Positions 12,443 to 28,356 of a stretch of DNA of 64,000 nt are shown here, piece by piece. The position numbers and the translations under genes were made by a program. Below the pieces are notes generated by a model, which saw only the letters and a program-made list of their open reading frames with translations, made no database searches and was not told the DNA's origin. The DNA comes from the human T2T-CHM13v2.0 reference genome, Homo sapiens: assembly GCF_009914755.1 (NCBI RefSeq), contig NC_060940.1, one strand, 5' to 3'. The first letter of the stretch is position 1. The number at the start of each line of letters is the position of its first letter.

Positions 12443-12912
12443 TGTCTCCAGTTGGTGTCTCAGAAGCAGACTCTGAGTCAAGTTCTTGAGTGCAGGCAGT
12501 TTATTTGGGAGATGATCCCAGGAAGCCTGATGAGGGAGTGGAGAAGTGAGTCAGGGAAGAGAAAAGCCAACAGAGTGTGTGCTAATAAGTGCACTGTTGC
12601 TGTGGGCAGCTGAAGCTTAGTGCTGCTGGGATCCTCTGAGACAGTGTGGGACGTGCTTCAGAATTGTCCCAAGGAGGGAGAAGAAGGCTGCAGCGTTTAT
12701 GCACCAATTCCAGGGTGGAGGATCCCTCCTGTGGGCTTACCCTGTTGGTGCTTCTGGTCTGACCCCACATATGCATGAAAACCCCCTCAGGGAAATGGCT
12801 AAGGGAGAGATGTGCTGGGCACCAGGGACTGCTACAGGGAGGAACTCTGTGCAGGTTACAGTCTAGGGTGGGCTGAGGGACTGTGCTGGGAGAACTAGCA
12901 ATATCTGCTTCA
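12443..12912 (-). mobile_element. LTR16-family (ERVL) solo LTR
   Basis: CAGAAGCAGACTCTGAG...GAGTGCAGGCAGTTTATTTGGGAGATGATCCCAGGAAGC. Confidence 0.8.
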
Positions 12913-13395
12913 TGTACACATTCCATATTCTTCTCCCTTCCTCCCTCCTTCTCCCTTTCTCTCTCGCTGTCATACACACTTACACACATGCACACAAGCA
13001 CACGCTAAGGTGATCAGTCACATAGATATAAAATAACACAGAAGCTCCCAGAGAAGATGGGTGGTCCCATCTCAGAGACCTTTGTCTTCTACCAGCTTAC
13101 TTGACTGTAATTCCTCCCATCTTTAGGATACTGGTATAGTGGATCCAGTTTCTCAGCACACAAATGTGCTCATACACATTCTATCTCGACCTAGTTCAAC
13201 AGGGCTTTGTTTTTTCTTTTTATTAAAAAGAATTACCCCTGAGATGAGGTCCAGAAAGGAGCTACATCCCACACAGATGCAGAAGAGACCTACAAGAATT
13301 TCCCTCCCAGTGCAGCAGAGTCGAGGCTCAGATGGGTTCCTCTCACTCCCATCCCCCTTGGGCTACAGGGAGCAAGGCCTGTACACAGAACATAG

Positions 13396-13947
<552 letters not shown>

Positions 13948-13971
13948 TGACTGGCCACTACCATGCTGCCC

Positions 13972-14248
13972 TAGGTAGTTTGCTACAGTAAGGACCCCAG
14001 CGCATCATGCATCCATTACTCTGTGTGTGCCTCTCCTCATTGACTCTGGGCTTGGCTTTGTGACTTGCTTTGGCCAATGGTACATGTACAAACCTGGTGC
14101 CAGCAGAAGTGTAATGAGTACTTGTGCACTGAGGCTTCCTCTCTGAGACCACTGATGAGGGAGCTGGTCTACAGTAAACCACGTGAGAGGCCACATGCAG
14201 AACCAAGATGCCTCAGCCAACAGCTGACACCAGCTGCCAGACATGTGA
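13972..14248 (+). mobile_element. MLT1 (G/H-like) LTR fragment
   Basis: GACTCTGGGCTTGGCTTTGTGACTTGCTTTGGCCAATGG...CAGCCAACAGC...CAGACATGTGA. Confidence 0.7.
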
Positions 14249-14648
14249 CTGGCAAATTCAAAGCCTTTGAATTCATGAAAGAGGAAGATTTTTCTCGTAC
14301 AATCTTAGGAGGTAGGGAAAGTGCCCAGCAGAGAGCTCCTTCAACACGGAAAACAGGTAGCCCTGGCCACGTGGAGCTGGAGAGGGGAGATGCAGACAGA
14401 GCTAGGAGTGGCCAGAAGCCAGAAAAAGTTGAGTCTGGCAAATCTCTCGGCCACCTTGACTAGAGTTCTGGAGTTCATATAGAAACATGGATATTTTATA
14501 GAGTCATGTATTTTCCTTGTTTATTTCCCCAGCTTCTCACACATTTTCAGCGATGCTCTTTGTGGAAATGTCAGCCTCTCAGCTCTGCTCAAGAAAACCC
14601 AGGAACAGAGAGAGCCGGCTCAGATCTGCGCCAAGTGTTTGAGAGGCA

Positions 14649-14668
14649 GCAGCGCCCCCAAGGGGCCA
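14649..14668 (-). promoter_or_regulatory. Candidate CTCF site
   Basis: Minus strand TGGCCCCTTGGGGGCGCTGC versus consensus TGGCCASYAGRKGGCRSY; retained CpG, two core mismatches. Confidence 0.35.
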
Positions 14669-14829
14669 GCAAGGTGGGGCAGCGGCGGGAGTGCTGAGCT
14701 CCGGAGGGGAGCTCTCCTTTCTTCAACAGGCATTTATTGAGCACCTGCTGTATGTGGTCCAGGCAGCAGCGGGAGAAGGGGAAAGTGGAAAACCAGACAA
14801 GGCCGTATAATGAGGGACTTAGGACTTCT

Positions 14830-15470
14830 GGAATTTTAATGAGCTGGTTTGCCCCTTTATTTCCTTTCAGACTTCCTGTTGATTCAAGTCATCAAAATGA
14901 AAGAATGCCAGCGTCCAAACACACATCTGGAAACAGAGCAATAAGGTTTTTAATATTTTGTTTCCTAATACAGAAACTCCTTTGAGATGCTATCAAATAA
15001 GGTGGGCATAACACATTCATTTGATTTCTTTTCCCTGCAAACGGGATCATTAAGGCATCCAAATTAACTGGGTGTAATCATGAATTAAATCGAGCTCTTT
15101 TATTAGGGAAACTTAGAGGCATCTTTCATCTTAATATCCTGACAGGATTCTCCTGACTTGAAGGTATGATTAGGGGAAAGGTGGCAAAAAAAAAGGAAAA
15201 TAAAATAAAATAAAGAAGAAAAAACCCTCTGCAGCTCAACCATGAGTGGAATTGGTAATAAAACACTAGTTCCCCAGTGAACTCACCACCTTTCCACTCC
15301 TCCTCAACTGGGTTCATTATTTTATTTCTCTACTTGATAGGTTGAAAAATTGCCTGCAAACTGGTTAATTAGGACTAACAGTGCTTAGTAACTGGGGAGA
15401 CAATTGCAGTTTGAGAAATTAATGCTCATGATTCATCTATTAAAGTGCATCTAGACACATGGTTTGCCTC
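14830..15470. promoter_or_regulatory. Repeat-free candidate enhancer or conserved non-coding element
   Basis: No recognisable repeat; dense TAAT/ATTA cores (TTAATTAG, AAATTAAT, GAATTAAATC). Inference only. Confidence 0.35.
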
Positions 15471-15642
15471 ATGGTAGTGTCAATCCAGCCATCTGTGCCT
15501 GTGGCCAGGGTAACTGAGCACTTCTCAGTCTGAGTTTGGGTGTAGTGGTGGTAAGAAACAGAATCCACTTTGCAAAAAAAGCGGGGGAGTTTCTTATAAG
15601 GACACAAAGGTAATTCCATATGGGACATCTGGGGATGGAATA

Positions 15643-16158
15643 TGCTATGGACTGAATGTTTGTGACTGCCCCCTGCCAGCCCTCCACTAAGTTCACGTGT
15701 TCAAGCCTAACCTCTAATGTGATGGTATTAGGTTGGTGCAAAAGTAATAGCGGTTTTTGCCATTACCTTTAATGGCAAATTAAATGGCCATTGCTTTTAA
15801 TGGCAAAAACTCCAATTACATTTGAACCAATCTAATATTAGGAGGTGGGGCCTTTGGGATGTAATTAGGATTAAATGCAGTCACGAAGATGGAACCCTCA
15901 TGAAGAGGAGCAGTGGCCTTATAGAAGGGAATCCAGCGACCCCCACCCCCCGCCTTGCTTCGTCCCCCATGTAAGGACACAACAACAAAAAACCCAGCCA
16001 AATATGAACCAGGAAGCAGGCTGTCACCAGACACCAAACCTGTCAATGCTTTGATCTTGGATTTCCCAGCCTCCAGGACTGTGAGAAATACATTTCTGTT
16101 GTTTGTAAGCCAACCAGTCTATGGTATTTCATTATGGCAACTCAAACAGACTAAGACA
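15643..16158 (+). mobile_element. MLT1A0-like solo LTR carrying a MADE1
   Basis: TGCTATGGACTGAATGTTTGTG...AAACAGACTAAGACA; near-TSD GAATA/GTATA. Confidence 0.9.
15728..15835. mobile_element. MADE1 MITE extended to 108 bp
   Basis: TTAGGTTGGTGCAAAAGTAAT...ATTACATTTGAACCAATCTAA with TA TSDs at 15726-15727 and 15836-15837. Confidence 0.93.
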
Positions 16159-16324
16159 GTATAAAACTAAGAAAGGGAGACGCTATGGGAGTTTCTTTAT
16201 CACTCCTTTCCTCCCTCCCCTCTCTCCTTCGCTAGCCTCCCTATATGACCATGGTTTTCTAATTTCTGTTTTGCCCTGGGTACCAGCTCCATTTCCTTCT
16301 CTGCATAAAACCATCCTCCACTTA

Positions 16325-16771
16325 GTAATGGTGATGTGGACTACTCACCACACATTCATTCTTCTTCCAGATGTTTGGGGATCCTCTCCTTCCCTTTTGT
16401 CAGTTCATATGATTTGGTTAAAGTCCCATTGACCTACAGTTAATAAGATGCAGAGAGGCTTTTGCTGGGGTATTTTGGAAAGCCTCGCTTTACTAAGGAG
16501 ATTTCAAGATAAGGGAGATAGGTCTGGGGGCTGCTGGAGTCATCTTCCAATGACCAAGACAAATCCTGTTTGAGAATAAAGCCAGCACATGGAGTAGGAC
16601 AGGGAAATAGATTGCACGACATCATTTGAGCCCCTGTATCAAGTGACACCTGATGCTTACATTAGCCTGGATTTTACAGTTGCCTGAGCCAGTAAATCCC
16701 CTTTTTTGTGTATAAGCTAATTTGTTTTTAATTTTCTGTCACTTACGGTAGAAAGAATTCCTACTGAAACC
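16325..16771 (+). mobile_element. MLT1K-like LTR
   Basis: GAGAATAAAGCCAGCAC...GACATCATTTGAGCCCCTG...TGAGCCAGTAAATCCCC. Confidence 0.65.
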
Positions 16772-17989
16772 CATGACTTCCTTTTGAATTGCAAAGTCCC
16801 CAGGTCTGAACTGACTCCGTATGGCCTTCCAGTCCAAGCACCACCACCTGATTATAGTTTCTGTATATATTACTTCATAGTCTCCAGAGGGACCCTCATT
16901 CAATCATCCCAGTCAAGGATTAAATCTCATGATTCACCAGTGCTCTAATCAGCTACAGCCAGGAGGATGAGGTGACAGAGTATAAACACAGTCGTGGTCC
17001 AGCAGGAACTGCAGGAGAAGGACAATACAAAAGAAGAGTCCAAATTGTGACCACTACATCCTTATTGGGTCCACTCAGCCCACTGAACGGGCACATGGAA
17101 ATCCCTCTGAAATTCACAGCATCCAGGTATCTCAGCTGCTATGGCTCATTGGCCCATTAGGTTGCATTAGCAACACTTAGTGTTTGCCAGGACTTGAGTT
17201 GGTGCCATGGAGCTCCCACTATGCAAAGAGGAGGCATCTTTGATTCTGCTTAGAGACTTTCATGTATCTGAAGAAACTATCACCCATTAGCATCTTTCTG
17301 TCTGATGCTGAAAAATGTCAACTCTAGGAAATGGCTGGCTAGCACACAAATTCCAGTCATTGCCCATGAAACTCTGGCTAGGGATTAGCAAGAAGAACAA
17401 CCTAAAGTTCCCATTCACATCTGTGCGTGGAGACAAGGAAGCACTGGTTCATTAATATGTGTACTTAGCAAATGTTTTCTGGGTCCTGGCATCTAAGACA
17501 TAATTTAAAAAAAAAAAAAACTGGGATGTTTTTAAGTGTCTTGCTTTAGCAGGACTTGGGTGTTCAAAAGCAAGTGACATAAGATCTCTGAGCTTTAACT
17601 CTTCATCTTGAAAAGGGGAGGTGGTAATCCCTCCTTTATCTGCCTCAAAATGATGCTCATGCTCGTTTCCAGGAAGACTGGGCTGCCACAGCTCTCTTTG
17701 TTATCAGAAGTTGGATTCTGAGGACTGTGCCTCTAGCATCAGCAGCAGAAGCACACAGATCCCATGCCAATGTGAGCTGCAGTGGATTTATTGACCCCAC
17801 CCAGAGGAGGTGCTATCTATGCCCCTCTTTGTGTGCCGTCTGCCTCCTGGGGTCCCCAGCTGTTAAGCAGGCCAACAACTGCCCACCTCAGTCTCCAGTA
17901 GAAAACATGAAGACTCCCCTCTCCTCTGGTAGTGTCAATCTAGCCATAAGCATTTAGGCTTATGCTTTATGCTGTATTAGGCTTATGCC

Positions 17990-18337
17990 TAGCCTTCTGC
18001 ACCATCCACCATAGGACTTGCTATAGCACAAACAGGAGGTGTAAACAACAGGAGTGGTTGAAAGGAGTCAGTAGACAGTAGACAGTGGCCCAGCCTTCTC
18101 AAGCCCCATTGGTGTGATGCTGAGGTAGTTCTTCAGAGACACCCCAGCAGGATTGAACCCCAAGTGCTTGCAGCAGTGACCTGCTCATGAATGGCAACAC
18201 TTATTGGATTTCCTTCCTTCCCTGTCTCACCTTCACCATTCCCCAACTTGGGCTCCCTGGGATCACCTTGTGGAAAAACTACCTACATCCAAGTCCTGGT
18301 CTCAGGGTGTATGCTAGAGGAACCCAAACCAAACCAC
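17990..18337 (+). mobile_element. LTR16-family LTR, 3' part
   Basis: CCCCAGCAGGATTGAACCCCA...CCTTCCCTGTCTCAC...GGGATCACCT...GGAACCCAAACC. Confidence 0.7.
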
Positions 18338-18594
18338 CTGCCCAGCCCTGACTCCTTTCACAAGCATCTTGTCTACAGTCCAGACTCATTTTTTGGAGTG
18401 TAATTCATTCCTGGAATTAAACAAGTGTGATCTGAATTTTTGGGTATCCTTCCAGGGATATTTTAAGCATTTACAAGCAAATGTGGATATAAAATTCATA
18501 CACAAGCAAGATTCTGTCTTTTATACCAAGACTTTGGATTTCTTCCTGTATTCTTCCATGCTTCTCCTCCATTCCCACAATCTAACTTTCTATC

Positions 18595-19814
<1,220 letters not shown>

Positions 19815-20198
19815 CCTTCTTACATGTTGATCCCCATTTCTCCTAAAACCCAACCAAGTTTACTTGGGAAATCCTTCCAAGTCTGGCATAAATGGTGCCC
19901 ACCATGAGAATCTTCCTGGTCTTCAAAGAAGTTGTGGTTTGAATGCATCCTCCATCCCTGCATCAATCAGCTTAGGTGTATCACCCTGTCAGAGCTCCTT
20001 AAGAGCCAAGGGCACATAGTAGATACTGAATAAAAATGTTGACTTATACATCACAAATATCTCTACTATCTAACATTCTGTTGGTTGGATTTTTTTTACT
20101 TAAAAATAAATGATAAATTCACAGGAAGTTGCAAAAGTCATATAGGAAGTCCCTGTGTACCTTTTACCTACCTTTTACCCATTTCCCCCCAATGGTTA

Positions 20199-20694
20199 TG
20201 TTGCTGAAATACCAAGGGTTTGGTCCAGGTCCTGCTGCTCACTGCACAGAAAGCCAATCACTGAGACAATGAGTATTGCCAGGGAAGAAGACTTTATTTA
20301 GGTGATGCAGCTGAGGAGATGGGAGATCAGTCTCAAATCTGTTTCTTCAAGCAACTAAAATTAGGGGTTTATATAGCAGGGAAGAAATGTAACTATTGGT
20401 GGGAAAATGAGAATTAGAGAGGGGTAAGGAAGAGGAGCTGGTCAACAGGAGGCAGGTGGTTGGTTAGGCAACCATGACGAGTGAGGGGTCTGATGTCTCA
20501 TTGTCTAGATGCTGTGATCTGGTGAGTTTCAGTTCCTTAGTACTATTTGGGATGCCTGATGGTTGGTTTCTTGACAACGGAATCAGAAAAGACAAATGTA
20601 ACTTTCTCAAGTTTTGAGACTGGGAGGGTCAGTTTCTATGTTTATTCAAAAGAAACCATAACATCACTTCTATGGGACAATTTGGCTACTTTCA
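20199..20694 (-). mobile_element. ERV1 (MER4-group, LTR26/MER66-like) solo LTR
   Basis: TG...CA ends and a perfect 4-bp TSD GTTA (20195-20198, 20695-20698); L1 sequence resumes across it. Confidence 0.88.
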
Positions 20695-21098
20695 GTTACA
20701 TCTTCCATACTTATCATACCATTTCAAAGCTAGTGACTTGTCATTGGTACAATCTGTGTGTGTAGGTTTATGTTATTTTATCATGAGTATATATTCCTGC
20801 AACTACCACAGTCAACATAGAGAATAATTCCATCACCACAAATGTCTACCTCCTGCCACTCCTTTAGAGTGATACCTCCACCATCCCTTCCACCTCCACT
20901 TCTGCAATTGCCCTAATGCTAGGTAATCGTTAATCTGTTTTCCAACTTGAAATGTTGTCATTTCAAGAATGTCATACAATGGAATCACACAGTATGTGAT
21001 CTTTTGAGATTGGCTTTATTCACACAGCATAATGCCCTTGAGATCCATCTAAATTATTGAGTCTATCAGTAATTCACTCCTTTTTATTGCTGTGTAGT

Positions 21099-21497
21099 TG
21101 TATTAGTCTGTTCTCACATCACTATAAAGTAATACCTGAAACTTGGTAATTTATAAAGAAAATAGGTTTAATTGGCTCGTGGTTCTGCAGGTTGTACAGG
21201 AAGCATGATGCTGGCATCTGCTTCCAGGAAGCCCCAGGAAACTTACAACCATAGGCAAAGGAGAAGGGGAAGCAGGCATGTCTAACATGGCTGGAGCAGG
21301 AGGAAAAGAGAGCTGGGAGGTGCCACACACTTTTAAACAACTGGATCTGGTGAGAACTCTATCATGAGATAGCACTGGGGAATGGTGCTAACCCATCAGA
21401 AACCTCCCTCATCACCTCCCACCAGGCCCCAACTCCAATATTGGTGATTACAATTCTACATGAGATTTGGGCGGGGACACAGATCTAAACTGTATCA
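21099..21497 (-). mobile_element. MSTA solo LTR
   Basis: TGTATTAGTC...AAACTGTATCA with a perfect 5-bp TSD GTAGT. Confidence 0.93.
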
Positions 21498-21884
21498 GTA
21501 GTATTCTATAGCATGGGTGTAGCAGTTTATTTAACCATTCCTGTATACAGGGCATTTTATGTGCTTCCAGTTTTTGGCTATTACAAATATAGTCGCTACA
21601 AACAGTCATGTACAGGTTTTGTGTGGACATACGTTTTTAGTTCTTTCAGAAAATGGCCAGAAGTACAATTCCTGGATCATATGGTAAGTGTATGTTTAGT
21701 TTTTTTTAAAAAGCTATTTACCAAAGTGGCTAGATAATTGCACATTCCCACCAGCAATGTATACGTGATCCAGTTTATCCACATCCTCCCCATAATCTGC
21801 TATTTGTCACTATTTTTTAAACTTAGTATTACAGCAGGTGTGTAGTGATATAGCTCATTGTGATTTTAATTTGCATTTCCCTAA

Positions 21885-22294
<410 letters not shown>

Positions 22295-22803
22295 CTTTTG
22301 TCCATATTCTAATTGCATTATTGTTTGTTTTTTCAACTGCTGAGTTTTGACAAGTTTTAAAATATATTCTCGATATTACTACTTAGTCACATATGTAGTT
22401 TACAAATATAACTCCCAATCTGTAGCCTGTCTTTTCATACTCTTAACAGGATCTTTTAGAGAGCAAAGATTTTTACTTTGGATGAAGTTTAGTTCATTTA
22501 TTTTTTTTAAATGGCTTATGCTTTTGGTGTCACATCTAAGAACTCTTCACCAAACCTTAGGTTCAGAAAATTTTATCCTGTGTTATTTTCAAATATTGTA
22601 TAGTTTTATATTTTGCATTAGAATCCACGAAAAATTCTGTGTTAGTTTTTGTATAAGGTAAGAGGTTTAAATCAAAGTTCCTTTTTTGCCTATGAGTGTC
22701 TAGTGTTCCAGGACCACTTGTAGACTATCTTTCCTCCACTGAATTACTTTTGCACCTTTGTCAAAAATAGGTTGACCATATTTGCGTGATGCTACTATTT
22801 TAG

Positions 22804-23121
<318 letters not shown>

Positions 23122-26100
23122 TATTTTAGGTTATTTATTCTATTCCATTGAGTTATATTTCTATCCCTTTGCCAATATCACAAAGTCTTGTTCATTATAG
23201 TTTTATATAATTAATCTTGCAACTGGATAGAGTAATTCCTTTTATTTTACTCTTACTTTTCAGAATCGTTCTAACTATCCCTATTCTTTTGTTTTTCCAA
23301 ATAAACTTCAGAAAATTCTTTCTATATATTCAAAATATTTTATGGGGATTTTAATACGAATTGCACTAAACCTATATATAAATTTGGGGAGAATTCAAAA
23401 TCTCCCAATCCATAGGCATCTCTCCATTTATTTGGATCTCCTTTCTTCAATTACCATCTGATAGTTTTCAGCATATAAATTCTGTGCATGTTTTTGTCAG
23501 GTTTATACCAAAGTAGTCAGAGTTTTAGAGCGACTCTAAGTGGTATTATATTCTTAGCTTTTGTTGTCATGTGTTTGTTGCTCGTATATACAAATACAAT
23601 TGATCTGGGTATGTTGATCTTGCATCCTGAAGCCTTGCTAAGCTCACTTTAAAAAATTTGTTTGGATTCCTTGAGATTTTCTGGATAGACAATTATTTCA
23701 TCTACAAACAGGGATAGCTTTATTTTTCCCTTCTGATCTATACGTCTCTTATTTCCTTTTCTTACCTTATTGCCCTGGCTAGAACTTCTAGCACAGTGTT
23801 AAATAGTAACATTGAGAGTGAACATCCTTATGTCATTCCTGATCTAGAGAGAAAAGTATTCATGCACTCACCGCAAAGTATGATGTTAGCTTCCTTAATT
23901 TGATAGAGACTATTTATTTTAAAATTTTTTGTATGAATGGTCTCTATCAAATTAAGGAAGTCCCCCTCATTCTTATTTTCCTGAGAGTTCTTATAATAAA
24001 TGGGTATTGAATTTCATCAAATGATTTTTCCACATTAATTGAGATAACAATGTGATATTTTTCTTCTTTAGCTTATTAATATGATGAGTTACACTGATTT
24101 TAAAAATTTGAACTAGTCTTCCATTCCTGGAATAAGAAGGATTACTAATAAAATAATTACATACGTATTACTGATTTCTACTTACTAATATTTTGTTAAT
24201 AATTTTTAATCTATTTTCATGAGGAATATTCCTCTGTAATGTTTGTTTATTTGTTACCTTCTTTGTCTGAGGTTAGTAGGATGGTAATGTTGGCTTCATA
24301 AAATGAATTGAAAATGTCCCCTTCTCTTCTATTTTCTGGAAGATGTTGTGTAGAGTCAATGTTAACTCTTCTTTAATCATTTAGTAGAATTCTCCAGCAA
24401 AACCATCAGTGCCTGAAGATTACTTTTTTGGGGGTTTTAATTTACTAATTTAATTTCCTTAATACTTCCAGGGCTCTTTGAATTAACTACTTCATATTTA
24501 GTGGTTGTTTGTGTATTTTGTGAAATTGGTTCATTTCATTTAAGTTATCAAATTTATTTGTGTAGAGTGGTTTGTAGTGTTTTTTAATTATTCTTTAGAT
24601 GACTGCAGGGTCTGTAATGATCTATCCTATTTTATTTCTAATATTTGAAGTTTTTGTCTTCCTTTTTCTTTGTCAGTCTTGCCAGAGTTTTATCTATTAC
24701 ATTGATCTTTTCAAAGAACAAGCTTTGTTTCATTGATTTTTTTATTGTTTTCCTGTTTTTAATTCCATTGATTTCTGCTTGTACATTATTCCCTTTCTTC
24801 TACTTGCATTGGTTTATTTTGCTCTTTTGCTTTTCCTAGTTTCTTGAGGGGAGAACTTAAATTATTGATTTGAAACTATTCTAATTACATAGATGCCATA
24901 AATTTCACTCTTAACATCCTTTTAGCTGTCTCACAAATTTTGATATGTTGTATTTTTATTTTCTTTCAGTGAAATGTATTTTTAAATATCCCTTGAGACT
25001 TGCTTTTTTGGCCCACGGATCATTTAGGAATGTAGTGTTCAGCTTCCAGGTGTTTGGAGATTTTTCTGTTATCTTTCTGTTATTGATTTCTAGTTGTATT
25101 CTGTTGTGGGAAGACAACACATTCTGCTTGATTTAAATGTTTTAGATTTTCTGAGGTTTATCTTAACTCTCAGGATATAGTCTATCTTGGCATATCCATG
25201 TACAATTGAAAAGAATGTGTATTGTGCTTTTGTTGGGTGGGCTGTTCTATAAATGTGAGTGAGATCCTGTTTGTTGATAACATTGTTGAATTTTCCTATA
25301 TCCTTGCTGATTTTCTGTCTAGTTGTTTGATAAATTATTGATAGAAGGGTGTTGTTTCCAATATTAATTACAGATTTGTCTATTTCTCTTTTCAGTTCTA
25401 TCAACTTTGCTTCACATATTTTAAGCTCCTTTGTTTTGTGCATACACATTTAGGATTGCTGTGTTCCTGCTGGATTGACCCTTTTATGATTATGTAATGG
25501 CCCTTGCTTTCACTGGTAATTTTCATCAGCCTGAATATTTTTATCTGATATTAATATAGCCACTACCGCTTTCTTTTGATTATTTTCTGCATGGTATATC
25601 TTTTTTCATCATTTTCCTTTCAATCTACCCATGTATTGAAGTCAATTTCTTATAGACACTATGTAATTGGTCTTTTTAAAAACCCTTTGTAGCAATTTGT
25701 GTTTTAATAAGTCTATTTAGACCATTTACATTTAATGTAATTACTGATATGCTAGGGCTTAGGTCTATCATTTACATTTTGTTTTCCGTTTGTTTTCTCT
25801 GTTTTTAGTTTCTTTGTTTTCTCTTTCCTACCTCTTCTTTGGGTTGCTTACACTTTTAAAATAATTCCTCTTTGATTTATCTACTATTTTCAAGTGTATA
25901 GGTTTCTAAATGGTTGCTCTAGTTATTACATTATATATACATTCCTTGGTATAATAAGTGATATGTTGTTAATACCTGGTCATTTTAGATATTATGTTAA
26001 AACTCGGGATCTTATTTAAATCTTGTGCTTTAGGAAACCTCCTCAGACACTGCTTCTGTAGGGAACAGGGGGACTCCACCTTGTTATTGCCACATGGCAG

Positions 26101-26904
26101 TGGAATTTCAGGTTTTCCATTTGGCCTTCATTGATACCCAGTGGGGAAAGAGCTCCCTGTTACTCCTGAGCATGGATGGGAGTTCAGGATCCCTACTAGG
26201 TATCTACTATAACCACCCTGCCTGGGAAGGGGAAGTAAGCCATGTTTCTGCTCCCTATGTGGCCTCCACTGACATCACAAAGTGTGACCTCATTACTGCT
26301 GAGCAAAGGTAAAAGTTCTGACACTCCATTAAGCCTCTACAGATGTTCTCCCTGTTAGGAAGTGGATAGATACCTAATATCACTGAGTGGGAAGGGAAAT
26401 CCAGGCTACCCATATGGCCTCCACTGACACCACTGAAGCAGAGGAGTTTGTGTACCTCATTACAGCCTGAGGAGGGTAGAAATTTAGGCTCTCCCTTCCA
26501 TCTTGCTGATGGAAATGGGAATGAAGTGACAATTTTTTTTCTATGGTTTATGGCTAGAGTACAGCAGTTATTGTCTACAAGTTTTTGTCTTGCCAAGCTG
26601 TCCCCTTGTTGGTCCTTTGGCTACAGACCATAGTCTTTTCTTGGAACTTTATCTGCATCAATTGGCATTTCTGGGTTTACGATTTCTCCAATCCATAGTC
26701 TTGGATGTATGAACCCTAGGGAACTCACCATCAAGCAATTCTTCAGGTTTTGAGGTTCTTAGCCAGTCTGCCTTCTTCTCTCCATCTTCCAGTTTTTTGT
26801 GTTCATTTTATACACAATTCCCAGGTGTTTTCAGTGTACATACTGGGAGGAATGAGGAAAAGTGTGTCCATTCCACCTTATCAGAAGTGGAAGTCCCATG
26901 ATTA

Positions 26905-27185
26905 AATTATTTTTAATATTTATGCATTTATTGATCAGTAGGTCTGTTCATGTGGCTCAAAATTAAAGACACAGAAGAAAGTATAATAAAAATTCAATGC
27001 TCACCTCTATTACCCCAGTTACTCAGTTTCTGTTCCTAGAGTTAAACAGATGGTATTAGCTTCCTGTGTACCCTTTCAGAGGTAGTTTATTCATATACAT
27101 AGAAGTTCATATATAAAACTTTCTGTTTATTTTACATAAATAGTAAAATCCTAAACACACTGATTTGGTGCTTAATTTTTTTCGA
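26905..27185 (-). mobile_element. L1ME/L1MC 3' fragment
   Basis: TCATGTGGCTCAAAATT...TTCCTGTGTACCCTTTCAGAG...TACATAAATAGTA. Confidence 0.6.
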
Positions 27186-27221
27186 CTGAATGAAAAAGGT
27201 GATCATTAGGCACTTTCTTTT

Positions 27222-28125
27222 ACCTTTTTATTTTTAAATAATTGTAAATTCACAGAAACGTGAAAAGAAATTTACAGGTAATTCCCATGCACCATTCTCC
27301 ACTCTTTCACAACGTTAACATTTTTTACAACTACAGTACAACACCAAAACCAAGAAGTCCACATGGGTACAATCCACAGACCTCCACAGGCTTTATTCAG
27401 ATTGCACAGTTACATATGCACTCATGGGAAGGTGGGGTGCATGTGTTATTACCTGCAATGATGTCACATCTCTACCCTTGTGTAACCATCACCACATCAA
27501 GTTACCCAATTGCATCATTGTAAGACTCCCTCATGTTATCCCTCTATAGCCACGTGCATCCTTTCACCCCATCCCTAACCATCTCTATAATTAGATTATT
27601 TCATGCATGTTACATAAATGGAATCATTCCTTTCGACATACTTTTAAGACTTAGCATGATTTCCTTGAGGTCCATCTAAGTTGTTGAGTGCATTAAGCAG
27701 CCCAATTCTCCTGTTAGAGCCCATTATTAAAAAGTTCTTAAGATGCACTAAGTTCTCTCTTGTGCCTTCTACCACTTGCTCTCATCACTAGTTCATTTCT
27801 ACCAGTAGTTCATTCCTTTGTATTAACTATTTGTATTCTGTAGTATGAACATTCCACAGTTTGTTTAACAATTTATCCATTAAAGGACATGTGAGACGTT
27901 TCCACCTTGAGGCTATTATGAATAAAGCTTCCATGAATATTCATGTCCAAGTTCCTGAATGAGCCTTCATTTCTTTCAGATATACACCCAAGGGTGGAGT
28001 TGTTGGTTCATATGGTAAGTTCCTGTCTAGCTTTGAAAAGAAGCACCAAACGAGGTTTCAGAGTGGCTGCCTCATTTACATTCCCAATAGCAATGCATGA
28101 GTGATTTATTAATAGTGTCTCTACA
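27222..28125 (-). mobile_element. L1MC 3' fragment containing an L3-derived insertion of about 110 bp
   Basis: GGTACAATCCACAGA...GAGGTCCATCTAAGTTGTTG...CATATGGTAAG...ACATTCCCA. Confidence 0.8.
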
Positions 28126-28149
28126 TCTTTATTCACTAATTTATATCTA

Positions 28150-28356
28150 ATTTTTTTAATTGATGTAATTCACATACTTAAAATTCACCTTATTAAAGTA
28201 GACAACTCGGTGGTTTTTCGTGTACTCACAAAGTTGTACAACCATTGCCACTATCTCATTCTAGAACATTTTCATCATCTCAAAAAGAAACCCCATACCT
28301 ATTAACAGCCATTTTCCATTCTATCCTTCTCCCAGCCTATAGTGACCATTACTTAT
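28150..28356 (-). mobile_element. L1MB 3' end
   Basis: TAATTCACATACTTAAAATTCACC...CTAGAACATTTTCATCA...AAAAGAAACCCCATACC. Confidence 0.8.

Noticed and set aside
20077-20097. TSD for the long L1MC (CTGTTGGTTGGATT versus CCATGATTAAATT at 26897)
   Set aside because: Too degenerate to distinguish from chance.
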